Both the position numbers and the translations under genes were made by a program. The notes beneath the pieces are model-generated. The model saw only the letters and a program-made list of their open reading frames with translations. It did not search any database and was not told the origin of the DNA. Positions 1 through 9,322 of a DNA stretch of 64,000 bases are shown here, piece after piece (positions within the stretch are counted from its first letter, which is position 1; the number at the start of each line of letters is the position of its first letter). The stretch spans positions 7,907 to 71,906 of the forward strand of contig DAOUQC010000014.1 of the NCBI GenBank assembly GCA_030625775.1, read 5' to 3'. The DNA comes from Verrucomicrobiota bacterium (GTDB lineage Bacteria; Verrucomicrobiota; Verrucomicrobiia; Verrucomicrobiales; DEV007).

Positions 1-153
1 ACAATCCTATTGGCGATGGCGACCCGGGTGACTGCGGAATTTGTGCCGGCCATCAGGGTGTCCCACCTTTATTATGCCGCATTTTGCTGGAGCATAGCAG
101 TATTGATATGGATGGTTTGGATAGGGCGGAGGTTTTTGCAGGAGGACGAATAG
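1..153 (+). CDS. 3' end of a membrane-protein gene (5' part outside window)
   Basis: Frame 1 is open from nt 1 to TAG at 151-153. It translates to ...AMATRVTAEFVPAIRVSHLYYAAFCWSIAVLIWMVWIGRRFLQEDE*, a terminal hydrophobic helix plus charged tail. It is too short for the ORF track and no family call is possible. Confidence 0.35.
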   Translation, partial: TILLAMATRVTAEFVPAIRVSHLYYAAFCWSIAVLIWMVWIGRRFLQEDE

Positions 154-257
154 GGGGTAGTGTTGGGATCAGCGATTAGAACTTCATGTGCAAGGGTTTG
201 TAAGCTCCGGGTATTCAGGGCGTCTCTGATCGGAGTGTCAAAGGCATTTTTTTGATT

Positions 258-1721
258 ATGAGACCTGTTGTTTTCTCCCAATGTTTAGCGAGTTTTTCCC
301 TTTGCTTGAAATTCAGATTCAAGAAGTTCCTGGTATTGGCGCTTTTGTCTAGTTTGACGGGCTGTGCGGCATTTCAATCGTCACGTGCAAATATTGGTGA
401 GCTTTATAATCAAGCAGCTCAAAATCATGGGCCGGATCGCAATCCAATCATAGTGATTCCGGGGATTTTGGGATCAAAACTGTATGATGATAAAACAGGC
501 AAGATAGTGTGGGGGGCATTTTCGCGTGAGGCAGCGCATCCAAAAAATCCAGCTGATGCGCGCAGCCTGGCTTTGCCGATGCGTATGGGGGATTCTCTTT
601 CCGAGCTTACCGATAGCACTCGTTCTGATGGTGCGCTTGAGCGTTTGAAGGTTTCATTGTGGTTGGCTTCGGTGCAGCCTAAAGCCTATGCCCATCTGCT
701 GTCCACGCTCGGTGCAGGTGGCTATCGTGACGAAGCCTTGGGGGAAAGTGGAGCAATTGATTACGGCAATGACCATTATACTTGTTTCCAGTTCGATTAC
801 GACTGGCGCCGCAGTTGTGCGGAGAATGCCTGGTTGTTGGGTAAATTTATTGAGGAAAAGCGTCATTATGTTAAAAAAGAGCGTGCTAAACGTTTTGGAC
901 CTTCAAGTAAACCCGTTCGCTTTGATGTGGTGGCGCACTCCATGGGGGGATTGATTGCACGATACTATTTGCGTTATGGTTCGCAGGTTTTGCCTACAGA
1001 CGGGAGCTTGCCAAAATTAAATTGGGCTGGAGCGAGAGAGGTGGAGAAACTCATTCTTGTGGCAACTCCAAATGCAGGTTCAATGGAGTCGTTGATGAAT
1101 TTGAACGAAGGGATGAACTGGCCTTTTCTTGCTGATTACGATCCTGCGCTACTGGGAACGATGCCGTCTATTTATGAATTATTGCCCCGCCCGCGGCATC
1201 GGGTTGTTCGCGACGCCGTGAGCGGAGAGGGGATCGATTTTCTTGATCCTGAAGTGTGGGAGAAATATCATTGGGGGATGCTGGCAGCAGATCAAAGGGA
1301 CAATCTGGCACGCTTATTGCCTGCTGTTAAAAGTGAAACCCAGCACCTGGAAATTGCGAGAGACCATATTCGTAAATCACTTGATCGGGCAAAACAATTC
1401 CATGCCGCTCTGGATCGATCAGCCCAGGTGCCTGTCGGAACACAACTGACTTTGTTTGCCGGAGATTCCGTGGCCACTGAGAGTGAATTGTTGGTGAAGA
1501 AGGGGCGTTTGGTCGGGGTGAAAAAAGAAGCAGGGGATGGAACTGTTGCCCGTTATAGCGCCTTGATGGACGAGAGAAAGGGCAGGGAATTTTCCCGTCA
1601 TGTGATCACTCCCATCGACTGGGATAACGTAACCTTTTTATTTGAGAGTCACCTCGGCTTGACCAAAGACCCTGAGTTTGCCGACAACCTGCTCTATAGG
1701 TTATTAGAGAGACCGAATTAA
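258..1721 (+). CDS. Secreted/lipoprotein alpha/beta-hydrolase, LCAT/lipase-like
   Basis: Track ORF 252-1721 starts at TTG; the first ATG is at 258. There is a lipobox-like LLSSLTGC near the N-terminus and a nucleophile elbow VVAHSMGGLIARYYL (GxSxG). The overall look is that of lecithin:cholesterol-acyltransferase/PGAP1-type lipases. Confidence 0.7.
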   Translation: MRPVVFSQCLASFSLCLKFRFKKFLVLALLSSLTGCAAFQSSRANIGELYNQAAQNHGPDRNPIIVIPGILGSKLYDDKTGKIVWGAFSREAAHPKNPADARSLALPMRMGDSLSELTDSTRSDGALERLKVSLWLASVQPKAYAHLLSTLGAGGYRDEALGESGAIDYGNDHYTCFQFDYDWRRSCAENAWLLGKFIEEKRHYVKKERAKRFGPSSKPVRFDVVAHSMGGLIARYYLRYGSQVLPTDGSLPKLNWAGAREVEKLILVATPNAGSMESLMNLNEGMNWPFLADYDPALLGTMPSIYELLPRPRHRVVRDAVSGEGIDFLDPEVWEKYHWGMLAADQRDNLARLLPAVKSETQHLEIARDHIRKSLDRAKQFHAALDRSAQVPVGTQLTLFAGDSVATESELLVKKGRLVGVKKEAGDGTVARYSALMDERKGREFSRHVITPIDWDNVTFLFESHLGLTKDPEFADNLLYRLLERPN

Positions 1722-1763
1722 CCTGAAAGCGGTAATGGGATTTGTCTGGAATACAAGGGTCGC

Positions 1764-3230
1764 TCACTTTTCAAACGGGAACATCGGCCGCCGTCGGTTC
1801 TTGAAATCGAGTTGGGTCATGTCAGCGCAGGTGGCGCCAGGGGTGTTGACCTGAATGAAACGGTCACAAACGTCGCGGTAGGCAGCTTGCGGAGCAATGA
1901 CACCCTTGGCGATAAATACACGAAAATTGCTGGGGTCGAGGTCACAGGAGGTGAGTTGGGCGAGGCTGAAGGGAGGGATGCGCTTTGAGGTCAGCATGAC
2001 AGTGCATCCTGAAGAGCATTTGACAATAGCTGTGGGGCCCTGGTCGAAGTTGGTGAATCCGCCATGGCGGGCTTTGCTTTCGCTGAATTTTCCATCGTGC
2101 AAGGATAAGAGTTTCACGTTGCATTCGAGAGGGGTTCCGTGCTGCTCATCAGTGTGGGCTCCGATTGATAAGTCGACATGCTCTCCAATCATCACCGATG
2201 ATGCGGTTTTGACGGCAACGGGGTCGAATAGGCAGACGAAGGAATTAGCTATTTTTTTATCATGCAAGGCGTGGAGCAGAATGCTGCTGTCTGCGGGAGA
2301 ACCGCCGCCCACATTATCCCCCATATCCAGCAGAGTGAACCGGGTTTCAGGATTGGCTACTATTTCTTCTATGGCCGCTTCGACCGAGATGAATTCAGGT
2401 TCAAATTCATCTTTTTCAGTAAGAAATTTGCGCTCGATTGCCCAGGCCATCTCCTGAGCTTGCTCAGGTTGGTCATCGGTGACGACGATGGCAGATGATC
2501 CCATTTCCGCCACGTCAGCATAGGGGAATCCCAGCAGGGTGCTGTGGCTGATTACGTCGGGACCATTGCTGGCGGCATTAATCTGGGCGTAAAAGGATGA
2601 CAAGGGATACTCGTTGGTATTTTGATTTTGAATATTAATCGCCAGTGAGGGGAAGGCGGCCGCCTGGCATGGGTAGATGGAACCACTCAAGGTGCGGGCC
2701 ATCAGGTCAGCTGCCCGCAGGCCGGTCTCAAGCTGGTCGAGATGGGGGTTGCTGCGGTAGGCGATCAAAGCATTGGTGCTATCAACCATTGCCCGTGAGA
2801 GGTTGGCGTGCAGATCCAGAGTGGCGATGAGTGGTTTGTCCAAGCCAATGAAGTCCCGCACCTTGCCGAGCCAGAAACCGTCAGCATCAGGGTGGTTTTC
2901 TGCCACCGTGGCCCCATGCGGGGCAGCGAGAATGCCGTCAAGTGAGCCGGCAGCCTCCAGCCCTTCCATCATTTGCTTGACCAGCAGATCGAAGGTGGAT
3001 GCTTCGATGATGCCGTTCGGATAAGCACGTGCTGCGAAAATGGGAACGGCTTCAATACCTGCTTTTTTCAGCCCTTGGAAAAAACCGCCTATTTCGTGGG
3101 GGGCTTGTTCAAAATGCTGGCGGATATCCTCTCCAGTGAGCAAAACATCCTGTTGAAAATGTTTAAGAGATGTCTTTCCTGAAATGAAAGTATTGGATTC
3201 CTGGAGGAGAGCTAGAATGCCGACACGCAT
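1764..3230 (-). CDS. M81-family metallopeptidase, MlrC (microcystinase C)-like
   Basis: Track ORF 1764-3311. The ATG at 3230 gives the N-terminus MRVGILALLQESNTF, typical of MlrC/DUF1485 proteins, and removes the overlap with the upstream gene ending at 3244. Confidence 0.75.
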   Translation of the reverse strand: MRVGILALLQESNTFISGKTSLKHFQQDVLLTGEDIRQHFEQAPHEIGGFFQGLKKAGIEAVPIFAARAYPNGIIEASTFDLLVKQMMEGLEAAGSLDGILAAPHGATVAENHPDADGFWLGKVRDFIGLDKPLIATLDLHANLSRAMVDSTNALIAYRSNPHLDQLETGLRAADLMARTLSGSIYPCQAAAFPSLAINIQNQNTNEYPLSSFYAQINAASNGPDVISHSTLLGFPYADVAEMGSSAIVVTDDQPEQAQEMAWAIERKFLTEKDEFEPEFISVEAAIEEIVANPETRFTLLDMGDNVGGGSPADSSILLHALHDKKIANSFVCLFDPVAVKTASSVMIGEHVDLSIGAHTDEQHGTPLECNVKLLSLHDGKFSESKARHGGFTNFDQGPTAIVKCSSGCTVMLTSKRIPPFSLAQLTSCDLDPSNFRVFIAKGVIAPQAAYRDVCDRFIQVNTPGATCADMTQLDFKNRRRPMFPFEK

Positions 3231-3243
3231 GAAAAGGAAGAAG

Positions 3244-4326
3244 TTAGGAGTTAGGGGATACGCTATTCGTAAAAGCTGCCATCGAATCGACAACGGGGCA
3301 CTTGTCTTCACTGGTCATTCGCTGTAAGGCGACATTGTCTTTGAAGCCTGATCCGGTAACGAGGCAGACGATCTTGTCTTCTTTGTTCAGCACGCCTTCT
3401 TCAAGGGCTTGCAATGCTCCGGCCAGGGCAACTGCACCAGCGGGTTCGGTGAAAATGGCTTCTTCTCGGGCCAGGCGTTTCTGGAGAGAAAAGACGGTGG
3501 GATCATTGACGAGATAGCCAGTGCCGCCAGATAGACGACAGGCGCTCAGGGTGTCATGGCCATCGATTACACCTGCAACTTGCAAGCCGCTGATTTTAGA
3601 GGTGCATTCACCGCAACTGCGGGCAGTGTCACGACCATCGCGAAGCGGGCCTGCAATGGTGTTGTTGCCAGCTGGTTGCACACAGTGAATGGCGGGGGAG
3701 TGCTTGTCTTCATATTCAAAGCCACGGGCGATAGCCAGGGTGAGTCCACCACCTCCCGAGGGAGAAAATACGTGGTCGATTCCCCCGGGTAATTGTTCGG
3801 CGAGTTCCCAGCTGATACTTTGTACGCCAGCCATTCCCGCAGCAGAATATTTAAAAGCACTGATTTGAACTTCTGTTTTGAGTTCGTCTGCGAGTGCACG
3901 CAGACCCTGCGCTATTTCCCTGGTAATACGGGCATCCGTTCCAAATCCGCGAATCCTTACCAGTTGGGCACCGTAGGCGAGCATTTGCTGCAGTTTGTCT
4001 TCCGGAGCCGTATCGACAATGGCAAGAACGCAGCGGAGATTGGCAATGGCGCAGTAAGCCGCCAGAGCAGCACCGGTGTTTCCACTTGAAGTGCCGAGAC
4101 AGAGGGAGGAATTGTTTTTCAGCAGGTGGGAAACGGCACAGGCAGCAAAGCGGTCTTTGTAAGAGCCGGTGGGATTGTTTGATTCTATTTTAAAATAGAG
4201 CTGCTCCAGTCCGAGCGACGGCCCTATTTTGCCGGATTTCAGCAGTGGAGTATCACCTTCACCGAGGGTGAGACGAAAGGTTTCGGGGATCGCGGGCAGG
4301 CGATCAGCAAATCGCCAGATGCTCAT
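3244..4326 (-). CDS. Threonine-synthase-like PLP-dependent enzyme (Trp-synthase-beta superfamily)
   Basis: PLP-lysine motif NPTGSYKDRFA, SSGNTGAALAAY, and glycine loop PSGGGGLT. The ATG at 4326 overlaps the stop of the upstream SDR gene (ATGA, 4323-4326). Confidence 0.75.
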   Translation of the reverse strand: MSIWRFADRLPAIPETFRLTLGEGDTPLLKSGKIGPSLGLEQLYFKIESNNPTGSYKDRFAACAVSHLLKNNSSLCLGTSSGNTGAALAAYCAIANLRCVLAIVDTAPEDKLQQMLAYGAQLVRIRGFGTDARITREIAQGLRALADELKTEVQISAFKYSAAGMAGVQSISWELAEQLPGGIDHVFSPSGGGGLTLAIARGFEYEDKHSPAIHCVQPAGNNTIAGPLRDGRDTARSCGECTSKISGLQVAGVIDGHDTLSACRLSGGTGYLVNDPTVFSLQKRLAREEAIFTEPAGAVALAGALQALEEGVLNKEDKIVCLVTGSGFKDNVALQRMTSEDKCPVVDSMAAFTNSVSPNS

Positions 4327-5135
4327 TTGAATTCGTCCGGGTACATGCGTTTTTTCAATGTATTGGAAAGATTGTTGTGCGAGATTCCTCCATCGATCGC
4401 GATTTCTGTTCCATTGATGTAACCAGCATCGGGGCTTGAAAGCCAGCATACGGTCTTGGCAATTTCATCGGGGCTGGCCCATCGACCCAAAGGAATAAAG
4501 TCCTCGCTGGCCGAACGAAAATCATTGGTCAAATCCGAGCCTTTTTCATTTTTCAACTTGGAGCGAAGGGAGCTGTCAACAGCTCCGGGGCTGACGGCAA
4601 CTGCGCGAATGCCGGCTCCGGAAAGAGACGCCGCCATGTCGTAGGTCAGGCTGATCAGACCTCCTTTCGAGGCCACATAGGCTGGAGCAACCCCTTTACA
4701 AAAATGGGCGTCAATACTGGCGATGTTGATGATCACGCCTTCCCCGGAAGCCTCAAGATAAGGTGTGCTGTACTGGGCGAGAAAGGCAGGTATTTTCAGA
4801 TTGAGATGCAAGATTCGATCCCAGGATTCAGGGGTCATTTTGCGGATAGTGCGAAAGTCATGAACCGCTGCATTGTTGACCAATGCATCGATCCTACCCC
4901 ATTTTTTACCCACTTTTGTAACAGCTTGTTGGGCGGCATCGAGATCGCAAAGATCTGCGGAGATCGGATAAACCGGCACATTTCTTTCAGATACGGCCTG
5001 GGCTGTCTTCTGAAGTTCATCAGCCATTTTATCAATCATGGCAACCGCATAGCCTGATGCAGCAAATTCATGGGAAATGGCGGCACCGATTCCACGGGCG
5101 GCTCCGGTTACAAAGGCTACTTTTTTGTCTAACAT
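4323..5135 (-). CDS. Short-chain dehydrogenase/reductase (SDR)
   Basis: Cofactor motif VTGAARGIGAAI (TGxxxGxG), NNAAV, and catalytic YVASK (YxxxK). ATG at 5135. Confidence 0.85.
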   Translation of the reverse strand: MLDKKVAFVTGAARGIGAAISHEFAASGYAVAMIDKMADELQKTAQAVSERNVPVYPISADLCDLDAAQQAVTKVGKKWGRIDALVNNAAVHDFRTIRKMTPESWDRILHLNLKIPAFLAQYSTPYLEASGEGVIINIASIDAHFCKGVAPAYVASKGGLISLTYDMAASLSGAGIRAVAVSPGAVDSSLRSKLKNEKGSDLTNDFRSASEDFIPLGRWASPDEIAKTVCWLSSPDAGYINGTEIAIDGGISHNNLSNTLKKRMYPDEFK

Positions 5136-6061
5136 GATGGCAGTTGATACGGGGATGCGGGATTTTCGTTGTTTTCCAGAATGACGGCCAAGGCATCGCT
5201 TTCGTCAACCTGAGGATAGGAGCGAATCACAATGATAGAACCTGTTTGTTTGGAAGTGATTTGATGTTCCTTACCGGACAGGGGATCGATTACCTTGCCT
5301 AGCAGGTCTCCGGATTCAACATTCTGTCCCAATGAAACGGAGCTTTCAAAAAGTCCTTTAATCGGTGAGGGATTGCAAAGCTGCATGTGACCGGAGTTGG
5401 GGCGGGAGTCCTCCACGATGACAGGAGGGGGGTGTTGGATACTGTCAGCTTGCTTCAGCATGCCAAATTCGGCCATTACCGCAAGGCAGCCGTCTACATA
5501 AGTTTTGACTCCTATTGCATCACAGGGGCTGGGTCCCCGGTATTCTGTATAAATAGCTGCCACCCCCGCATCACGGGCGGCGGACATTGAGCGTCCGTCC
5601 AGTTCGGCCGATGTGCCCCAGATGAGAGGCAGTCCGATGGCGCGGGCCATGCGTCGTTGAGTTTCTAAAATGGCGTCATCCTTAACCAGGCCATAGCCAC
5701 TCAGAGGATAAACGTCCATGGCTCTACCGCCGGTGTGCAGGTCTATATAGAGATCGGCAGTTGAAATCAGATCATTGACTGCAGCTGCTACTTGCTCGGT
5801 CGGGCTGCCCTGCGGGTCGCCTGGAAAGGTTCGTGCCAGATCCTTGCCGTCTTCTCCATAACGGCTGTGCTGGTCCACCGCAGATTGGTTGGCGATGGGC
5901 AGCAGGGTCAGGCGGCCATGCAGCTTACTTGCATCGATTTGGCGGATGAGTTGATAAATGGCAAAAATGCCCTCGAATTCATCACCATGAATACCGGCGG
6001 TAATCAGCAGGTGCGGACCATCGGCGGATCCTTGGATGCTGGTGCTTTTCAGCTTGCTCAT
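5129..6061 (-). CDS. Succinylglutamate desuccinylase/aspartoacylase (AstE/AspA) family zinc deacylase
   Basis: GIHGDEFEG (HxxE zinc motif) and a later DLHTGG. 310 aa. The stop TAG at 5129-5131 overlaps the downstream SDR start by 7 nt. Confidence 0.75.
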   Translation of the reverse strand: MSKLKSTSIQGSADGPHLLITAGIHGDEFEGIFAIYQLIRQIDASKLHGRLTLLPIANQSAVDQHSRYGEDGKDLARTFPGDPQGSPTEQVAAAVNDLISTADLYIDLHTGGRAMDVYPLSGYGLVKDDAILETQRRMARAIGLPLIWGTSAELDGRSMSAARDAGVAAIYTEYRGPSPCDAIGVKTYVDGCLAVMAEFGMLKQADSIQHPPPVIVEDSRPNSGHMQLCNPSPIKGLFESSVSLGQNVESGDLLGKVIDPLSGKEHQITSKQTGSIIVIRSYPQVDESDALAVILENNENPASPYQLPSC

Positions 6062-6074
6062 CGTTTGCTAGTTA

Positions 6075-7181
6075 CTAAAGGTCGAGGGGAAAAGATGACA
6101 GCCGTTCGACTCCCGAATCAGTTACCAGGTAGTTTTGTTCCAGGCGGATTCCGGCATTGAGCTCACCCCCATAGAGGCCGGGCTCGACTGCTACGACATC
6201 ACCGGTTTGGAAAGTATCGTCATAACAAGGGTTGATCCGTGGAGCTTCATGAGGATCCAGGCCGATGCCGTGTCCCAGATGATGCTTGAATTCATAGCCT
6301 TTCCAGCCGTCGAGTTGGGATTCGATTTTTTCAAATAATGCCCGGCAACTCTCTCCGGGACGAATGGCCACTTCTACTTGCTCGAGCATTTCCACTACCC
6401 GGGCATGAGCTTCCAATTGCAGCTCGGAGGGTTTGCCGTCGACGCTGAATGTCCGGCACAAGTCGCTGCGGTAACCGCGCACTCCGACACCTATGTCGAA
6501 GGGAACCAACTCTCCCGCATGTGCGGTTCGTTGCCGGGCGAGTCCACCGGGAGTTCCACTTTGGAAATCGTTTCCCCAGCCGGAGAGCAGATCACCGGAA
6601 GCTTCGATGGCAGTCGCCTGAAGCTTGGCATAAAGTTCGATTTCTGAAATACCCGGGCACAAGATTTCCCTGGCTTTGGTGTAAACCGCATCTGCCGATT
6701 GAATTGTGTAGCGAATCGCTTCCACTTCGTCGGCATCTTTTTGACGGCGTAAATATTGAAATCCGGTAGTCACATCCACCCATTCCACCTGCTTTGCGAT
6801 CCATGGGCGGGCAGCGCCATCTACACCGAGGCGTTTGAGGGGGCTAATGCGTGGGATGAGCGTCTGGCAGAGGGCTTCATCAAGATTCTCAACCAGAGTG
6901 CAAAGTTTCTGAGGTTCATAGCAGAGAACTTCATCAGCAGCGGGAGCCTCGGGTTCCGCATAATGACTGACCAGGATACTTGTTCCGTCAGCTAAAAACA
7001 GAGCTGCCGTCGGGGTGAGGATTTGATCATGCCAGTAAGCTGTCAGCCAGTAAACATAGTGACGGTTGGTGAACAGAACGGCATCCAGGTTCTGTTCTTG
7101 AAGAAAGGATTGCAGCCGGAGCTGGCGCTGCCGACAAGCAGTTTCAGTGAGTTTTGGAAGAGAGGTTTGCTTCATTCGCAT
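6075..7181 (-). CDS. M24-family metallohydrolase (Xaa-Pro peptidase / creatinase / ectoine-hydrolase type)
   Basis: All five pita-bread metal ligands are recognisable: FDIGVGVRGYRSDLCRTF (D, D), HHLGHGIGLDPHE (H), VVAVEPGLY (E) and GIRLEQNYLVT (E). The track start at 7184 is TTG; the ATG is at 7181. Confidence 0.85.
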   Translation of the reverse strand: MRMKQTSLPKLTETACRQRQLRLQSFLQEQNLDAVLFTNRHYVYWLTAYWHDQILTPTAALFLADGTSILVSHYAEPEAPAADEVLCYEPQKLCTLVENLDEALCQTLIPRISPLKRLGVDGAARPWIAKQVEWVDVTTGFQYLRRQKDADEVEAIRYTIQSADAVYTKAREILCPGISEIELYAKLQATAIEASGDLLSGWGNDFQSGTPGGLARQRTAHAGELVPFDIGVGVRGYRSDLCRTFSVDGKPSELQLEAHARVVEMLEQVEVAIRPGESCRALFEKIESQLDGWKGYEFKHHLGHGIGLDPHEAPRINPCYDDTFQTGDVVAVEPGLYGGELNAGIRLEQNYLVTDSGVERLSSFPLDL

Positions 7182-7195
7182 CAATAGAGCGGTGT

Positions 7196-7873
7196 TTAAA
7201 GTACGCCGTATTTTTCGAATGCTGCGGTGGCGGTCATTCCATCCCGGATCGAATCCCGGACCTCATTTTCAGCATGAACTTTTTCCCAGGCTCCTCGGAT
7301 CACTTCGGCTTCCACTTCCTGAGGCACGACCACAACACCGTCGTCATCGGCGATGACCAGATCGCCAGGATTAAAAGTCACACCACCAATTTGTACCGTA
7401 ACATCTACGGCGGTCACGCGTTGGCGATGTAAGCTGTCATAGGGGCAGGCTCCGGCAGCAAATACGCCGAATTTCATCTCTCTCATTGGGGCGATATCCC
7501 TGATAGCTCCATCGATGATCGCCCCGGCACAACCGGCGTTGCGTGAAGCGGTGGAGAGCAGCTCTCCCCAGATGCCTGATTTCATTGAACCCGCCGCCGC
7601 AGCGATGAACAGGTCGTCAGGTTTGCACTCATCGATGGCTTTGAGCTCCAGTTCATAAGGTTTGAGGTCTTCACTATCGACTTCCTCCCATTGAGTGGTT
7701 TTGCATCGTCCCACTAATTTGAGCACGCCTGTCATTGGAGCGAGGGGAGTAGCGATGCATTGATTTCTATATCCTGCCGAGTCGAGCACATCGCTGATTA
7801 CAGCCGAATAAAAAGACTCGCGCATCATAGTGAGAGTGATGGTTTCAGGAATTTTTGACATAGCTAAAGGCAT
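7196..7873 (-). CDS. RraA-family protein (4-hydroxy-4-methyl-2-oxoglutarate aldolase / oxaloacetate decarboxylase-like)
   Basis: GAIIDGAIRD and GDLVIADDDGVVVVPQE are hallmark RraA/HMG-aldolase motifs. ATG at 7873. Confidence 0.8.
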   Translation of the reverse strand: MPLAMSKIPETITLTMMRESFYSAVISDVLDSAGYRNQCIATPLAPMTGVLKLVGRCKTTQWEEVDSEDLKPYELELKAIDECKPDDLFIAAAAGSMKSGIWGELLSTASRNAGCAGAIIDGAIRDIAPMREMKFGVFAAGACPYDSLHRQRVTAVDVTVQIGGVTFNPGDLVIADDDGVVVVPQEVEAEVIRGAWEKVHAENEVRDSIRDGMTATAAFEKYGVL

Positions 7874-8010
7874 ACGATGAAAAATAGAAAGCGCAAGCAG
7901 GGGATTCAGGGATATGGGAAAAGCGTGGAATCAGAGCAGTTGCAGTTCAGCTATTGGGAAGGGCAGGAGTAACTGCCCAGCAAAAGAGGGAGGGGATGCC
8001 TGTCTCCAAG

Positions 8011-9162
8011 TTAAGGCGAATGCAAACGCTTGGGATGCTCGAACTGATAGTTTTTGTTGTGGATCATATCGAGTGTTTGTTGAATGCTCGGTCGATCACC
8101 CCAGTAAGTGCCGTAGTAGGTGAAGCGGACGATGCCTTCTTTATCTATGATGACTGTGGAAGGGCGGTTGATGTACTCGGAATGGACAGCAAAGCAAAGC
8201 GGGTCAACCCCGTAACGTGCGGCGACGGCACCTGCTTTGTCAGAGAGATGAGGCCACCAGATATTTCTGGTGTAACTGTCTTTGAATGATGTCTTGGAAA
8301 ACCAGTATTTGGGATCCACTTCTTTTCCAACCATTACCCTGCAGCGGTAGCTATCGTGGATTTCGATGGTAACGACTTCTATGTCGTCTTTCTGGAAATC
8401 GTCCCGCAAGTGCATGATCTCACGGAATTCGCCGTGGCAGACAGGGCACCAGTCAGCAAATACCCAGATTAACAAAACGGTCTTTTTGCCTTTATAGTTA
8501 CTGAGCTTCCACTGCTTGTCGTTGGTATCAGGCAGGGAGAAATCTGGGGCAGTCTGGCCGATTTTGACAGTTTTAAAAGTGGATTCTTCAAGTGAGGTGT
8601 AGGCAGCAGCTAAATCGGGCGTTGCCTTCTGTCCCGATTCGATCTGGTGAATGGAAAGTTCGCATTGATGTGTGACATCACGGGACTTGTCGGAGGCGAG
8701 CGCTTTTTTTAAAGCGGGTAAGGCTTTGGGCGAAGCTATCTGCCCGAGAGAAATCACAGCTTGTGAGCGAACCGTACTCTCCGTTGCCGATTCGAGTAAT
8801 TTTTGAAGTGCAGGGATGGCTGCCCGCGAAGCTTGAATGCCAAGGGCGGCTGCCGCCAGATAGCGTATATGTGGACTATTATGTTCAAGGGCTTCGATGA
8901 GTTGAGGAATGCCATCATCACCAGCCCTTATAAAATCGCGCAAAGCAAGGCTGCGAACTTTCCAGTCGGTGTCGTCCAAGTCGGCAATCCCGCTTTTTTT
9001 CAGTTTGCGATCCTGAGTCATGGCTCCGGCACCGTGGAAGTTGTGTTTTGCAATTTCATCAACCACGTTACCGATAGAGCGATCGGCTAAGGCCGAGACA
9101 GGGATGATCAGTAGGGAAGAAATGATCATGCGGAGGGAGAGGAGAGTGCCGTTTTTTAACAT
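8011..9162 (-). CDS. Secreted HEAT-repeat / thioredoxin-fold (AhpC-TSA/redoxin) fusion protein
   Basis: Signal peptide MLKNGTLLSLRMIISSLLIIPVSALA. HEAT-like repeats DWKVRSLALRDF..., SPHIRYLAAAALG..., STVRSQAVISLG.... The C-terminal redoxin domain carries the CxxC motif FADWCPVCHGEF. Confidence 0.7.
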   Translation of the reverse strand: MLKNGTLLSLRMIISSLLIIPVSALADRSIGNVVDEIAKHNFHGAGAMTQDRKLKKSGIADLDDTDWKVRSLALRDFIRAGDDGIPQLIEALEHNSPHIRYLAAAALGIQASRAAIPALQKLLESATESTVRSQAVISLGQIASPKALPALKKALASDKSRDVTHQCELSIHQIESGQKATPDLAAAYTSLEESTFKTVKIGQTAPDFSLPDTNDKQWKLSNYKGKKTVLLIWVFADWCPVCHGEFREIMHLRDDFQKDDIEVVTIEIHDSYRCRVMVGKEVDPKYWFSKTSFKDSYTRNIWWPHLSDKAGAVAARYGVDPLCFAVHSEYINRPSTVIIDKEGIVRFTYYGTYWGDRPSIQQTLDMIHNKNYQFEHPKRLHSP

Positions 9163-9322
9163 AACTTTTAGTATAGTGTTAGTAATTACAGCTATTAGTC
9201 GAGGCCTTTGCAGGGCATGGCTCTGAAGTCTCCGAAAGTTGACGAAATGTTTGATTTGGCCTTACAGATATTTTCGAAATATCAGGGAGAGCAATATGCC
9301 AAACGATGCTCTCGAGCGGCAA

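Noticed and set aside
7961-7978. GGGCAG-GAGTAA-CTGCCC hairpin downstream of the HEAT/redoxin gene
   Set aside because: It has only a 6-bp stem and no U-tract on the minus strand. That is too weak to call a terminator.
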